DNA of 64,000 nucleotides, from positions 30,752,001 through 30,816,000 of the forward strand of contig OZ024741.1 in the NCBI GenBank assembly GCA_964016885.1, written 5' to 3'. Under the pieces are notes generated by a model that worked only from the letters and a program-made list of their open reading frames with translations, searched no databases and was not told the DNA's origin. Shown here piece by piece: positions 11,316-25,329 of this stretch; positions within the stretch are counted from its first letter, which is position 1, and each line of letters starts with the position of its first letter. The position numbers and the translations under genes were made by a program. This stretch comes from Eledone cirrhosa. Lineage: Eukaryota.

Positions 11316-14300
11316 GTTTGTTTATTTGCCACAAGGGCTGACACGAAGAAAAACATTAGAGACGGCACAGAACAGTACAGGACGATACAAAATGGGTTTT
11401 GGCCGTGTAAAAAAGGTCATAATAAGATAGAAATAGCAAAAACATTTCAAACAGAAAAATATTCCCCAATAGGGGGAAACATCCGAGGGTCACCAGGGCA
11501 AGCGACCTCTCTCAGTTTTCCACTCCCCACTCTACAGCCGCATACTCAGAGCAGTCCCGTTCACTCGGACCTGACTCGCCACTTTCACCCACCTTTCAAC
11601 AAACTTATTTGATGACAGCACTTGTCTCTCCACCCTGATTTTCCTCTTAAAGTGAAATTTGAAAACGTTAATCAGGGATTCGCCGAAGAGGAAAGTGTCC
11701 GTCTTCAATCTTTTCAACCTTGTCCACCATACAATCTCTTTCGTCATGGCCACCAGGCAGATGAAGAATGCCTGCCCTTCCTCCTCCTTAAAGGAGGACA
11801 GCAGGGCTATCTGCACAATGCACTCAGTCGATAACCGGATCCGTCCTGCACCTGACAACAAATATTCAACATAGATCCACAAGACAGCAATGCTCAGACA
11901 CTGAACGAATGCGTACACAATGGTTTCGTCGCTCTGTGCCCATCTTGGACAAGTTCGGCTGACGGCACTTCCGTGCCTGTAGTTCTTATCTCGGACCGGC
12001 AACGCTCCCCGGTAGCACTGCCAGGCCAGTGATTTCTGGAAGTTATCCATAGGCCCCGGTCTGAAAGTTCTCTTCAAGAGAGCGAACAGCTGATCGTTTT
12101 CGACGCCCAGGGTCTCTCCGAGAACGTCGTTACTTTTCCCCTCCACTAGTCCTCTATAGAACGCCGAGGTGGATGTTCTACCGAAACTAGTGCCCAGCTG
12201 GTAGAAGGCTGTGAGCGCTTGGAGAGATTCCAGCTTCCAAGCACTATCCCTCGGTCTTTTCCAAGGCGACGAGCTGGGGTAAAACACGTCTGGCAAACGG
12301 TGACCACTCCTTTTCCCCGTCAAGGAAGCACCAGAGATATCGCAGTCTCAGCGCCTGTTTACGCATCATCCGCCATGGCATGCCCAGCCTTCCACGCAAC
12401 GAGTGTTAACAGCAGATGGATCGTCTGACCATGGGAGCACGTCCCTTCCATAAAAAGTGGAAGAAGAGGCGCCCCATTTTTATCAGAGTTGGGCCGGGGA
12501 AAGCACAACAGTTAGGCTACCGCCTATGACGGATGCGATGAACGTATTCGCCACCTCTGCCCGACCTTTCAGGGACAGCTTCCTCTCGGCCCATTTCTGG
12601 GTGAGAGAGGACACCCTGTTCGTCACCACGCTCCAGTTTTTCTCCATCTGGAGGTCCGGGCCGAACCAGACCCCGAGCAGCGCCCCATGACGCTGTCGGG
12701 TGGCATGGACTTGCCTCTCCAGGTGCCGAGCTACAAACCCGCCGACTTTTCCTGGTTTAACTTTGCTCCTGTCACTGCTTCATATTCCTTGAGAGCGCTG
12801 CCGAGCATCTGGATATGTCCGTTGTTTGACACCACCACGGTGACGTCGTCGGCATGAGCCTATACGGATTTCCCACATCCCAGATCGCGTGGGACGTCTC
12901 TCATGGCCTCCAATTTGTGCAGTAACGGCTCTAGAGCCAATACGTACAAGAATGATGAGAGGGGACAACCCTGACGGACCGAGCGCATGATGCTGAACGG
13001 CTGTGACAGATGACAGTTCACCTTCACAACTGAGCAGATGTCGCTGTGCATCGCAGCGATCCAACCCCTGAAAATGGGCCCGAAACCAGCCGCCTAATGT
13101 TGATCATGGCCCCACCCGTGCCATGTTCCTTAACCACCCTCTCTATGATGTATCGAATGATGTGGAGGTTGTTGTGGATGGATCTGTCTGGAATGGCGCA
13201 TGTCTGCGCCTCTCCTGCCAGATTACCCACGACAAGCGCCAATCCCATTGCTAACACCTTGGCCAAAATCTTGAAGTCTGTGTTTAACAGAGTTATGGGC
13301 CTGGAGTTGTCTATAACATCCCCTTTGTTCGGGTCTTTTCTCAACAGCCCCACCGCTCCCCGGCTCACAAAACTGTGAATGCTCCCGTTCTGCTGCCAGT
13401 CGCAGTAGGCGTCTGCCAAGAGGTCACCGAAGAAGTTTGGCATGTACGCATAATGCTCGTAAAGCAGACCATCCAAACCTGGCGATTTACCCCTCGTGCA
13501 GTCAGACATCGTTCCTTCCCGTATTTCACCAGCTGTTATCGGCTTTTTGCAATACTGCACTGCGGACGTCGAGAGCTGCGGCAGTCCCTCGAGGTATGCA
13601 ATGAAGTTCCTACTTCGATCTGGTCCGTCGACGCTCCCAAACAGGTCAGTAAAGTGCTGTTGAAAAGCCTCACAAATCTGCTCGGGTTCGAGTAACATGT
13701 GCCCGTTTTGGTCAGGCAAGGATTGAATTGTGGCTTTGTTGCCAATTTGCGACTCCACCACCCGGGCCCATTGGACAGCTTTTGTCCCTTCTTGTCTCAG
13801 AGCACGCGCTCTAGCTCTGACAACGCAGCCTTCGCACTTTGCATTGAAGAATTGGTCGAGTGCCAATCTTTCCACAAACACGTCGGTTGCGATGCCTGTC
13901 CTAAACGCCTCTTCTAGCTTTCTAACTAGCCCTCCTTCTACTCTATTTTCCTCTATCTTTACTCCGTTGCTAAACCATATTTATTCTACTTTAATTGGCC
14001 TTTTCAGGGTAAACAACGACCTGTTGTTGACGATCGCGCTCCTGAATGCACGCTTAACTAATTCGCTAATCCGGTCTCTGTAAGCTTTGCGCACCGGGTA
14101 AGACGCGTTCAGCTTCCAGTAACCAGGTCCTTGCCTATGAAGTCTATCTAAGACGACTACCCAGATCACAAATGTGTAGTCCGAGTAACCGACTACTTTA
14201 AATTGTGGACAATCTACGCTAGCCTTATCTGTTTCCCTACACAATACCTTATCTAGATACGATCTGGGTGACCCGTTGCGGTTTGCCCATATACACATTG

Positions 14301-17139
14301 GCACATTCGGATAATCCAGTCGATACATATCAGACAGTTGAAAACGTCTGAGCAGGTTTGCGAGCCTTTTACATCCTCCTCCCTGATTACTAGCCCCACA
14401 TAATCCCAGCGGGCATCTAAGATACCGTTCCAGTCACCCACTAACACTGAAGAGCGGGTGTTCCAAGAAAGGTCTGAAGAAATATGGCCGTCCTGCCCCT
14501 ATTGGGGCGTAGACGGCTACTAGCCTGAAAGTATTGCCTTCGCTCCCGGTCACGTCCAGCACCACCCACTTACCTTCTGGGTCCAGGAAGATGGCCCGTA
14601 TGGCGAGATCCAATCCTCTCCGAAAAAGCACAGCAACTCTGCCCCGCGCTCCTGGACGGCTGGGAGATGTGTATACAACGTAGCCGCCGAAGATCGGTGC
14701 AAAGGCTCGTACTTCGGAGATTCTGGTCTCGCTGATGGCCACCACATCTATGTTTAGTGACCTGAGATCGTTAAGCAGGTGGCCCTGCTTCCAAGATGAC
14801 CCAGGCCACGTATATTTATACTGCCTATTCTAAGTAAGGCCATGTTCGGTGAGGAATGGAGCAAGTGAGAAAGGATCACCTACCCTGATCGTGTGAGGAA
14901 GGGACAGTTGAACTGTCCCTTTGGCTGTTCATGGGTGTCTCCAAGATGATGTCGGTATATATCCTCTTGGTAACTGACCCTCTGAAGTCTCCAACTGCGT
15001 TGAGGAATTTTTCTTTTAAATGTTTGTAATGTTCTATTTTAATTTTATTATTGGTTATATTTTTCGGGAGAGTTCTTGGTTTTAGTGGGGTGTAGTAAGT
15101 TTTGTCCGTAATGTCTGTGTGCTGCTTTATATGTTCTAATAGTTCTTTATTTGCCAAGTGTATGGCTGTGTAATGTTTTGGGGGTGGTTTGGTTTTGTTG
15201 CTGTCTTCTTGTTACGTTTGTATTGTTGTGTTTGCGATGTTGATGTTTGTGGTATTGCCGGTGGTGGTAGTGTGGTGGTTGTTGGTGGTGATGGTGGAGG
15301 CGTTGCTGCGACTCGCCTTGCACTCTTTACCCCTCTTTGTTTGCCTTCGCGTTTGGAGGGTTAAGCTAAGGTTTTGTTTGTTTTTTTCTGTGGCAGACCG
15401 TTTGCCACTTCACTCCCGCCTCAGACACCATGTCGGATTCCGTGGTGTCTGGGAGGGGTATGTGGTCTACGGCTGTTGGTGGTGGTAGTGGAGCCCTTTT
15501 CGGCGATTTTGTTGCAAGTGCAGCTACTGCAAATGTTGCTACTGGTGTTGCCGCCACTGAAGCTGCTACTTTTGTTGTCCGTGGCCTTGGTACGGGTGCC
15601 ACGGACGTTGTCCTCCTACTCACCGTGGAAGGGTTTTCTGCGTTTATTGCCTGCCCTGCTCTTGGTAGCAGCGGACCACGCATTGGAAGGAGGGGGGGCC
15701 TTCTTCTTCGCTGTCTTCTGCGGGCAAAAGGCCCTGAGGTGACCCTTTGACCAGAGATAACATTTTCGCCGTCTTCCTCCCACGCTTATAGGGAGTTGGA
15801 GTCCTTCCTCGAGGTCTATGATATCGGGGATAGTATCGATACACTCCTGGTCGGTTTGTATAAGCATTTGCCTGCCTATACCTGACCAGTTTTCTCTCCC
15901 TATTTTCTCTACTTGCAGCATGGTTGTCCTGTGTTCGATTCCAGCAAGGACAGACGCGGCCAAACAAGGTATGGGCACATCGGGTGGGACCTGGGTCACG
16001 TTGACCCTCACAATGTTCTTCCCGTAGTAGAAGGGCACCAAGACTCTCTCCTCACTCTTTGGGGTTTCCAAAGAGTGAGACTTCGCGTCTTGAGGGGTAG
16101 CGAAAAGTACATCCACTGTGGCATACTTTCTGCCTCGGGTGATGTGGGTTTTGCGCGCCCAGAAGCCAGCCAAAGCCTTTATGATTTGAGCCTCCGTGGC
16201 ACTCTCCACTCGATGTGACATTTTGCTTACGGTGCGGTAAGTCATCGTCCGTAGCTGCTGGTCCTTGAAAAAATCGGGTGGAGGTTTCAGGGAAACTCTA
16301 TTGGCGTTTCTTGTCACCATGGCCCTTGCGACTGCCATCTCCTCCTCTGAGACTAACACTGTTTCGATAATTCGGGCCACACCTGCAAAAGAAGTGGTCC
16401 CTTTTTCAGCGGTACCAATATTGCTGACGCTACTGGTTTTACTGGTGGCACTGTGATCGCTGTTACAGGTATTGATGTCATTGTTGATGTTTTAGTTGGC
16501 ACTGTTGTTGCTGTTATTGTTTTCATTGTTGTTGTTTTCGTTGATATTGTTGCTGCTGTTACTGTTATTGTGGCTGTTGTTATTATTGTTGTTTTTGTTG
16601 ATACTGTTCCTACTATTGTTGTTGTTGTGGCTGTTGTTATTGTCATTGTTATTGTCGTTCTCGACCTTACCGCTGTTATTTTTGTTGATTCTGTTGTTAT
16701 TGATGGTGTTGTTGTTGGTGTTATTGTTGGTGTTGTTTGTGTTAGTAATATTTGGTAATTTTAAATCTGTAACAATATCATTAAAAATGAGATTGTTCCT
16801 CTTTTCCTTCGTAATATTTTCTTTTATATTTACCTTAGAACGCTGGAACGCTGTCTTGTTGATGTGTTGACAAAGTCTCCCTCTCTGTGTGTTGTCTGAC
16901 AGCGCTCTCTCTCTTTCTTGTGTTATCCATGTTGAAAGAATTATTTTCAAATAATATTTTTACATAATACGACACCCCGTAAAGGGGTGCCGTATTATTT
17001 ACGAGTGAACCCCTATATTAGGTGGGTCACTACAAAACTTTTATCAAGTTTAAAACTTGAATAAAAGGTTAAAAACGGTTGGAAACTGGGTAAACTGTTG
17101 AAAAAAACTGGAGCCGATAAGAAGCGTCGCTTCATCTTC
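11315..17139 (-). mobile_element. L1/Tx1-clade LINE copy 4: full length, decayed, different subfamily
   Basis: ORF1 pieces at 14876-16950 and ORF2 pieces at 11532-14843 are homologous to copy 3; UTRs differ; many frameshifts. Confidence 0.9.
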
Positions 17140-17244
17140 AATAATAATAACAATAATAATAATAATAATTAGAAGAAGAAGAAGAAGAAGAAGAAGAAGA
17201 AGAAGAAGAAGAAGAAGAAGAAGAAGAAGAAGAAGAAGAAGAAG

Positions 17245-17302
<58 letters not shown>
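17140..17302. repeat. Compound (AAT)n(AAG)n(AAC)n microsatellite
   Basis: Read directly. Confidence 0.95.
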
Positions 17303-17303
<1 letters not shown>

Positions 17304-17865
17304 ATCTATCAACGATAAATTCAACCTGAAATAAGCCATAGAAGAAAAACTCAAGGCAGTAGTAACAACATAATAAATTGTCCGAAAACAATAAACAGAA
17401 AGACATTGAAACACAAAAATAAAATAAAATATGCCATGAACCAAAATGAATTAAAATGAACCAAAACAAGCAAAATAATATAAAATAATTAATAATTTGT
17501 AAAAGGTTAAAAAAACATATCTGAGACACCAATTTTAGTGTTTAAAACGTAATAATTATATGTTGTAGTAGCCATCTTAATGATTCAAATGATTCGAAAG
17601 ACAACCACACGTGTTGAGGCTAATATCTCCAGCTTTCAATTAAGACAAACATAATAATATTTTTGGAAAAAAGTCTTAGTATGAGGGTGATGTGTGTGTA
17701 TGTGTGTGAGTGTGTGTGTGTGTGTGTGAGAGTGAGTGTGTGTTTGTGGTGTGTGTGTTGGGGCGAGGAAGCGATCCTAACACCAAGTTTTCAGAAATAA
17801 ATAAACACTCGCAGATACACACACACAAACACACGCACACACACACACGCACACACACACGCATA

Positions 17866-17999
17866 CAGGGTGGCCCAAAAGTCTCGATACATATGTAATA
17901 CATACAAATAATTATGTTTTATAAGAAACAATTTATTCAAAGTAAATGAATATGGGGACTTAAAAATGTCCTATGTATTGCGACGTTTGGGCCACCCTG
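17866..17999. mobile_element. Tc1/mariner-type MITE, 134 bp
   Basis: 28-bp TIRs (CAGGGTGGCCCAAAAGTCTCGATACATA, 3 mismatches), flanked by TA on both sides. Confidence 0.88.
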
Positions 18000-18031
<32 letters not shown>

Positions 18032-18058
18032 TATAAACGCACACACACACACACACAT

Positions 18059-18106
<48 letters not shown>

Positions 18107-18126
18107 GCACACACACACACACACAT

Positions 18127-18178
<52 letters not shown>

Positions 18179-18260
18179 GTTATTCCGGGTTGAATCGGAG
18201 GTAACCACAGTAAGTAAGGTACTCAATACATAGCAGAGTATAAAAGTTTTAATATAGATG

Positions 18261-18311
18261 AGATTCTACAGGACTAGAACTGTTTCATTCATTAGAAATC
18301 ATCAGGAATCT
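18261..18311 (-). ncRNA. Type I hammerhead ribozyme, family A
   Basis: AGATTC-CTGATGA-TTTCTAATGAAT-GAAA-CAG TTCTAGTC CTG-TA-GAATCT. Confidence 0.85.
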
Positions 18312-18829
18312 GGGTATCAAAAATAAAAATGGTATTTATAGGTCTCTACAAGTGGTAGGAGAGGGTGGAGAGTGGGATGGGTGCAGGTCGTTGGTTGATA
18401 GAAAAGGGAATTCATTAAAAGCTAATTCTACAAAGCTATAGTTTATTTTTATTTATTTATGTTTTTAGAGTAACAAGGGCAGACAGAATTCTATAAACAG
18501 GTTCCGGATGGCATACCATTCCTTGTCATTAAGTTTCTCTTAAGCTAACAGATGTCTATAAAATCAGTGGGGGGTCAGTCATGGTCGATAGAATTAAAGA
18601 AAAGGGAGATTCTTTAAAAGCTAAAATCATTAAGGTTCTACTAAGTGACAAAGGTCTAGAGAATTCTGCAGACAGATTCAAAATACTGAGTGCATATCTT
18701 ACTATTATCTTCGAACTTCTCTTAAACTAATCAACTATATGCCAAAAATCAACAGACACATTCACAAAAAAACAAAAAAACATACTCACTCACACACTTA
18801 CGCGCAACCATAAACACACACACAAACAC

Positions 18830-18833
18830 ATAT

Positions 18834-18897
<64 letters not shown>

Positions 18898-19094
18898 AAA
18901 ATATATATATATATATATACACACACACATTTACATATACACATACACACACACATACACATACATACACACACACACACATATATACACATATAAATAC
19001 ACTCACACACATACATACAAACACAAATGTACATGTGTATACAAGTACACACAAATACATATAGAGATATATACATACATATACACAGACACAT

Positions 19095-19145
<51 letters not shown>

Positions 19146-19190
19146 CACACATACATACATACACATATATACACACACATACGCATTCAA

Positions 19191-19240
<50 letters not shown>

Positions 19241-19422
19241 ATATATATATACACATACATACATACACACACATACATATATATATATATAAAAAAACCC
19301 ATACACACACATATATACATATACACACACATACACACAAACACACACACACATATATATACATATACATACATATATATACACATTCATATATATAACC
19401 ATATACATATATACATATATAC

Positions 19423-19465
<43 letters not shown>

Positions 19466-19524
19466 CACATAAAACAAATATATACACATACAAACACACA
19501 CACACACATACATACACACATATA

Positions 19525-19574
<50 letters not shown>

Positions 19575-19633
19575 TACACACACATACACATATATAGGGA
19601 AAAAGCACCATACATACATATATATATATATAT

Positions 19634-19668
<35 letters not shown>

Positions 19669-19675
19669 CACATAC

Positions 19676-19746
<71 letters not shown>

Positions 19747-19895
19747 TACACACACCCACATATATACATATATATATACACACATACATACACACATATA
19801 CATACATATATATATATATATATACATATATATATACACATAAATATATACATATATATAAAAATATACACACACATATACATACATACACACAC

Positions 19896-19964
<69 letters not shown>

Positions 19965-20059
19965 TATATACACATACAAACACACATACAAACATACATA
20001 TACACATACATATATATAAACATATATATACACATATATACACGCATGTACATACATAA

Positions 20060-20090
<31 letters not shown>

Positions 20091-20198
20091 CACACATATA
20101 TACATATATATATATATAAAAATATACACACACATATACATATTATATATACACACATATACACACACATACACACACACATATATACACATACACAC

Positions 20199-20263
<65 letters not shown>

Positions 20264-20372
20264 CATACATATACACACACATATATATATACACGCACAC
20301 ACATATATACACATATATATACACACACACACACACACACATACACATGCATATGTATAAATATTTATATAC

Positions 20373-20412
<40 letters not shown>

Positions 20413-20673
20413 CCATATATATACAAACATACACATACATACACAGACCTATACCTAAATATACACATATATATACAGACATATAACGCATATATACACA
20501 CATATATACATATATATATATACATATACACATATATATACACACACGCGCATACACACATACACACACACACACAAATATATATACACACTCTCTCTCA
20601 CGCACATATATATATATATATATACACATATATACACACATATACATATATACACACATACATACATACATAT

Positions 20674-20704
<31 letters not shown>

Positions 20705-20742
20705 CGTACATACACATACACATATATATATATACATATATA

Positions 20743-20794
<52 letters not shown>

Positions 20795-20846
20795 CATACA
20801 AATACACACACACATATATATATATACACACACCTGCCCACACAAC

Positions 20847-20883
<37 letters not shown>

Positions 20884-20905
20884 GCGCGCACACACATACG
20901 CACAT

Positions 20906-20960
<55 letters not shown>

Positions 20961-20976
20961 CATATATATATATATA

Positions 20977-21018
<42 letters not shown>

Positions 21019-21217
21019 CACACATATATACACATACACATACACATACATATACATACACACATATACACAAACATACATACATACATACACATACATA
21101 CATACATACATACATACACATATATACACATATATATATATACACATCTATATATACACATATATATACATACATATACCTACATAAATATACACACATA
21201 AAACACATATACACACA

Positions 21218-21256
<39 letters not shown>

Positions 21257-21300
21257 GCATACATATACACACATACAAACAAATATATACACATACAAAT
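18830..21300. repeat. Long degenerate (TA)n/(CA)n/(TACA)n tract inside the PLE
   Basis: Read directly. Confidence 0.95.
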
Positions 21301-21479
21301 AAATAGGTACTCAATAAATATACGCATATACGCAGGCACATAAAGACACCTCTACAGGCAGAAAATGTAGATACGAAAGAGGTACTCACATAACCATAGT
21401 GGCCGTATTTCAGGTTGAGGGGGGGGTAGGGGGGGGGGGGTATAGGGGCCAATAGGGGGAGGTCGTTTTTAGCCATCGG

Positions 21480-21787
21480 GCTTCAGTAGCGGGCCCTTGG
21501 CGAATAAAATTTCGTAGCTCTCTGAAATACAAAGGTAGCAGCCCTTGTGTCCTCCGGTGTAAGAGCGCGCTCTCTGGAGTATTTTCCATTTAAGCGTGAG
21601 GGGGTGGAGTTCCTTTTGAGGTCCCAAACGTAGGAGGCGAGTGTTGTCTGATTTGATTTATCCGGTCTTCTGAAGGAGTGGGTATGGGCATACCAAGGGG
21701 TCTTAAAGTTGTTGGAGGTCATGCCGATGTAAGTTTTTTTGCAATCCTCGGTGCCTGAGATGACATGGCATTTGTATACGATGTCAT
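21480..21787 (-). pseudogene. GIY-YIG endonuclease fragment of a PLE (Naiad-like by my recollection)
   Basis: IVYKCHV...YIGMTSNNFKT.WYAHTHSF...TLASYVWDLK, then after a frameshift LKWKILQRARSY..GHKGCYLCISE. Confidence 0.82.
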
Positions 21788-21884
21788 TTGTGTTTGTATG
21801 TATGTGTGTGAGTGTATTTATATGTGTATATATGTGTGTGTGTGTGTATGTATGTGTATGTGTGTGTGTATGTGTATATATATA

Positions 21885-21979
<95 letters not shown>

Positions 21980-22501
21980 ATATGTGTTTGTGTGTGTGTT
22001 TATGGTTGCGCGTAAGTGTGTGAGTGAGTATGTATTTTTGTTTTTTTGTGAATGTGTCTGTTGATTTTTGGCATATAGTTGATTAGTTTAAGAGAAGTTC
22101 GAAGATAATAGTAAGATATGCACTCAGTATTTTGAATCTGTCTGCAGAATTCTCTAGACCTTTGTCACTTAGTAGAACCTTAATGATTTTAGCTTTTAAA
22201 GAATCTCCCTTTTCTTTAATTCTATCGACCATGACTGACCCCCCACTGATTTTATAGACATCTGTTAGCTTAAGAGAAACTTAATGACAAGGAATGGTAT
22301 GCCACCCGGAACCTGTTTATAGAATTCTGTCTGCCTTTGTTACTCTAAAAACATAAATAAATAAAAATAAACTATAGCTTTGTAGAATTAGCTTTTAATG
22401 AATTCCCTTTTCTATCAACCAACGACCTGCACCCATCCCACTCTCCACCCTCTCCTACCACTTGTAGAGACCTATAAATACCATTTTTATTTTTGATACC
22501 C

Positions 22502-22552
22502 AGATTCCTGATGATTTCTAATGAATGAAACAGTTCTAGTCCTGTAGAATCT
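22502..22552 (+). ncRNA. Type I HHR, family A (inverted arm)
   Basis: Reverse complement of 18261-18311. Confidence 0.85.
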
Positions 22553-22554
22553 CA

Positions 22555-22605
<51 letters not shown>

Positions 22606-22609
<4 letters not shown>

Positions 22610-23520
22610 GCGTTCAAAATAAGAGGACAATTAATTTACTTTTCAGTAATTTTCTTATTTAACAAAATTGTTCCTTCAAAATTTGAAAGAATATTTATAG
22701 TATATATATCTATCTTGTGCTAAATATTTTCAACATAATCAAGGATATAAAAAGATATCAATGATATACCTTTTTAAAAGGTACAGTGATCAAAATAAGA
22801 GAACACACTAGTGATCTTTTATATTTTCAGGGTAATTACCTGGATTTTCTCGAAATATCTGGTAACTCCTGTAATCAGGGTAACATTACGAGTATGTTCC
22901 ATTTCCCTATCAACTCTCTCAAGATGTCGACCCATCCCAAGGTTACGTAAGGCCTCCGACGTAAAGTCGTTCAGATGAAGATTGATAGACTCTCTCTCAC
23001 AGCTATTTGAAGGGAAGTTACGTGTTCTAAAAGTGTAATAGCCAGGATATTGAAACTTCATAATGAAACGAACTCATTCATGTATACAATGAAGGTCGGC
23101 TGCCCACGTAAAACAAGACCGTATGATCCACAGAATGTCTATGGGGAAACGACTCCATACTGCAGCTATCATATCTCAACAAATCAGGGCTAATTTGGGA
23201 AAAGGAAGTGTCTCGGTTTACAGTCTCTCGTCGTCTGGCAGAAGTTGGATTGAAAGCCCACTCCCGAACGATCAAAGCTTTTATCAGCAATAAAAATAAA
23301 ATTACTAGAATCGCCTTTGCTGAGAAGGATGTGTGGAGTGAAACCTGGACTAAAGTTCCTTTTAGTGAGGAAAGCAAGTCTAATTTGGTTGGTTCAGATG
23401 GTAACCAATATGTAAGACGTAAGACTGGGGAATGACTTCATTTTAAGTGTGCCAAAAAGTCTGTAAAATTCAGAGGGTATCCACATTGCATCAAAGACCA
23501 GCAAGGCAAGGAATTTTAGT
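22606..23520 (+). mobile_element. Tc1-like transposon remnant
   Basis: TIR-like start GTTGCGTTCAAAATAAGAG after (TA)n; transposase fragment TVSRRLAEVGL..RIAFA..WTKVPFSEESKSNLVGSDGNQYVRRKTGE. Confidence 0.8.
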
Positions 23521-23567
23521 GATATATATATATATATATATATATATGTAGAGAGAGAGAAAGAGAG

Positions 23568-23616
<49 letters not shown>

Positions 23617-24108
23617 TAAAGAGAGTGAGATAGAGAGAGAGAGAGAACGAGAGAGAGAGAGAAAGTAGTCAAACACGAGGTTATGGAAATATAGTTGACA
23701 TTGGTGACATTCACTAGTATCGAACCTATGATCACATATTTGCAGTACATCAAACTCCTTAATTACGTACACACGCAAGAACCCATACACACTCATACAG
23801 ACACACACATACACACACAGAGACGCCCCCCCCCCCCCACACACACACAGAGTTATATATATATATATATATATATGCACATACACTTACTTCTAATTAC
23901 CATATATATATTATATGTTGGTACATTCTTCTATAATAAAATCACGTATGTATAGGATAGAAAAAAAATTACTTCATATATAACCTTTTACCAAATAAAA
24001 AATCTATATGCGTGTATGATTGTGTGCATTTGTGTGTGTCTTTCTCTAGGTTTATATATATATATATATAAGTGTCGGTGCTGTGAAATAGCGATGTATA
24101 CATGAATG

Positions 24109-24145
<37 letters not shown>

Positions 24146-24181
24146 TGTCGGTGCTCTGAAATAGCGATGTATAGATGAATG

Positions 24182-24244
<63 letters not shown>

Positions 24245-24738
24245 TTTATATGAGAGAGAAAGAGCATGGCAGAACGTAAGGCAGATACACACGCATAAAT
24301 ATCAATAAATAGAGAGGGTGAATCATAGAACAAGACGTATAAACACGAATAACATGTCGATTTTTACACGTATGTATCTATAATTAAATATACGGAATAT
24401 CTTTAAAGCACGTTAACCTATAGGGTATGGGTGGAGATGAATACACATCTACGTGCCTTTTTGCATTTTTCTTTAGAAGTTATACAAAGAAGTATTTAAT
24501 ACAGAACAGTCAGAAGACGCTCTCATTAGGGAAGACAATATTCATTGTAGCAAAGACAACAAAGGAACCATTTAATGGCCGAAGAAGAATGAAGGATATG
24601 TCCGTACATTGATAGTTTCACGCGTTCATCATCTTGATGTATTTCCCTCGCTGTGTATTTGTATGTATGTCGGAGTACACGCACACATACACACACACAC
24701 ACACACACTCGCACGTACCCCCTCCCCACACATCTTTG

Positions 24739-24770
<32 letters not shown>

Positions 24771-24804
24771 AACACACACACACACACGTACACATATATA
24801 TATA

Positions 24805-24858
<54 letters not shown>

Positions 24859-25015
24859 TTTGTTTGATACCAGGTGGAAAGAATCTCTTTTCGTCTACAT
24901 TTACACAAACACCCATGCTTTATTGTATCTGCAGCTTTGATGTATACTCAACGCACACACACACACATACTCACACTCAAACACAGAGACACATAGAAAC
25001 ACACACACACTCACT

Positions 25016-25109
<94 letters not shown>

Positions 25110-25329
25110 TATATAAAAATATATATATATACATATATACATATATATTATTCAAGTGAGGAAACTTGGTTGATCAAATAAATCTCTATTTTAGTCGTAA
25201 ACAGACCTAAATCACTGCTCGGCTTGTGTTCCTTAAAGTATTATCGGAGTGTCAATATTATTAAGAGTGAGATAGTTTTAAATGTATATTCTCTGTTTAT
25301 TATAAACCGTGTCTCTTCTTTATAATATA

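Larger units (their letters stand above)
18177..22560 (-). mobile_element. 5'-truncated PLE (family A) with an inverted copy of its 3' pLTR
   Basis: Near-identical inverted arms 18253-19029 and 21785-22560, each with an HHR; GIY-YIG remnant at ~21480-21787; sits in (TA)n. Confidence 0.88.

Noticed and set aside
190-17532. Poly-Leu/Val/Cys membrane-like ORFs such as 10420..10884, 16496..16870 and 17050..17532
   Set aside because: Antisense or alternate frames of trinucleotide repeats.
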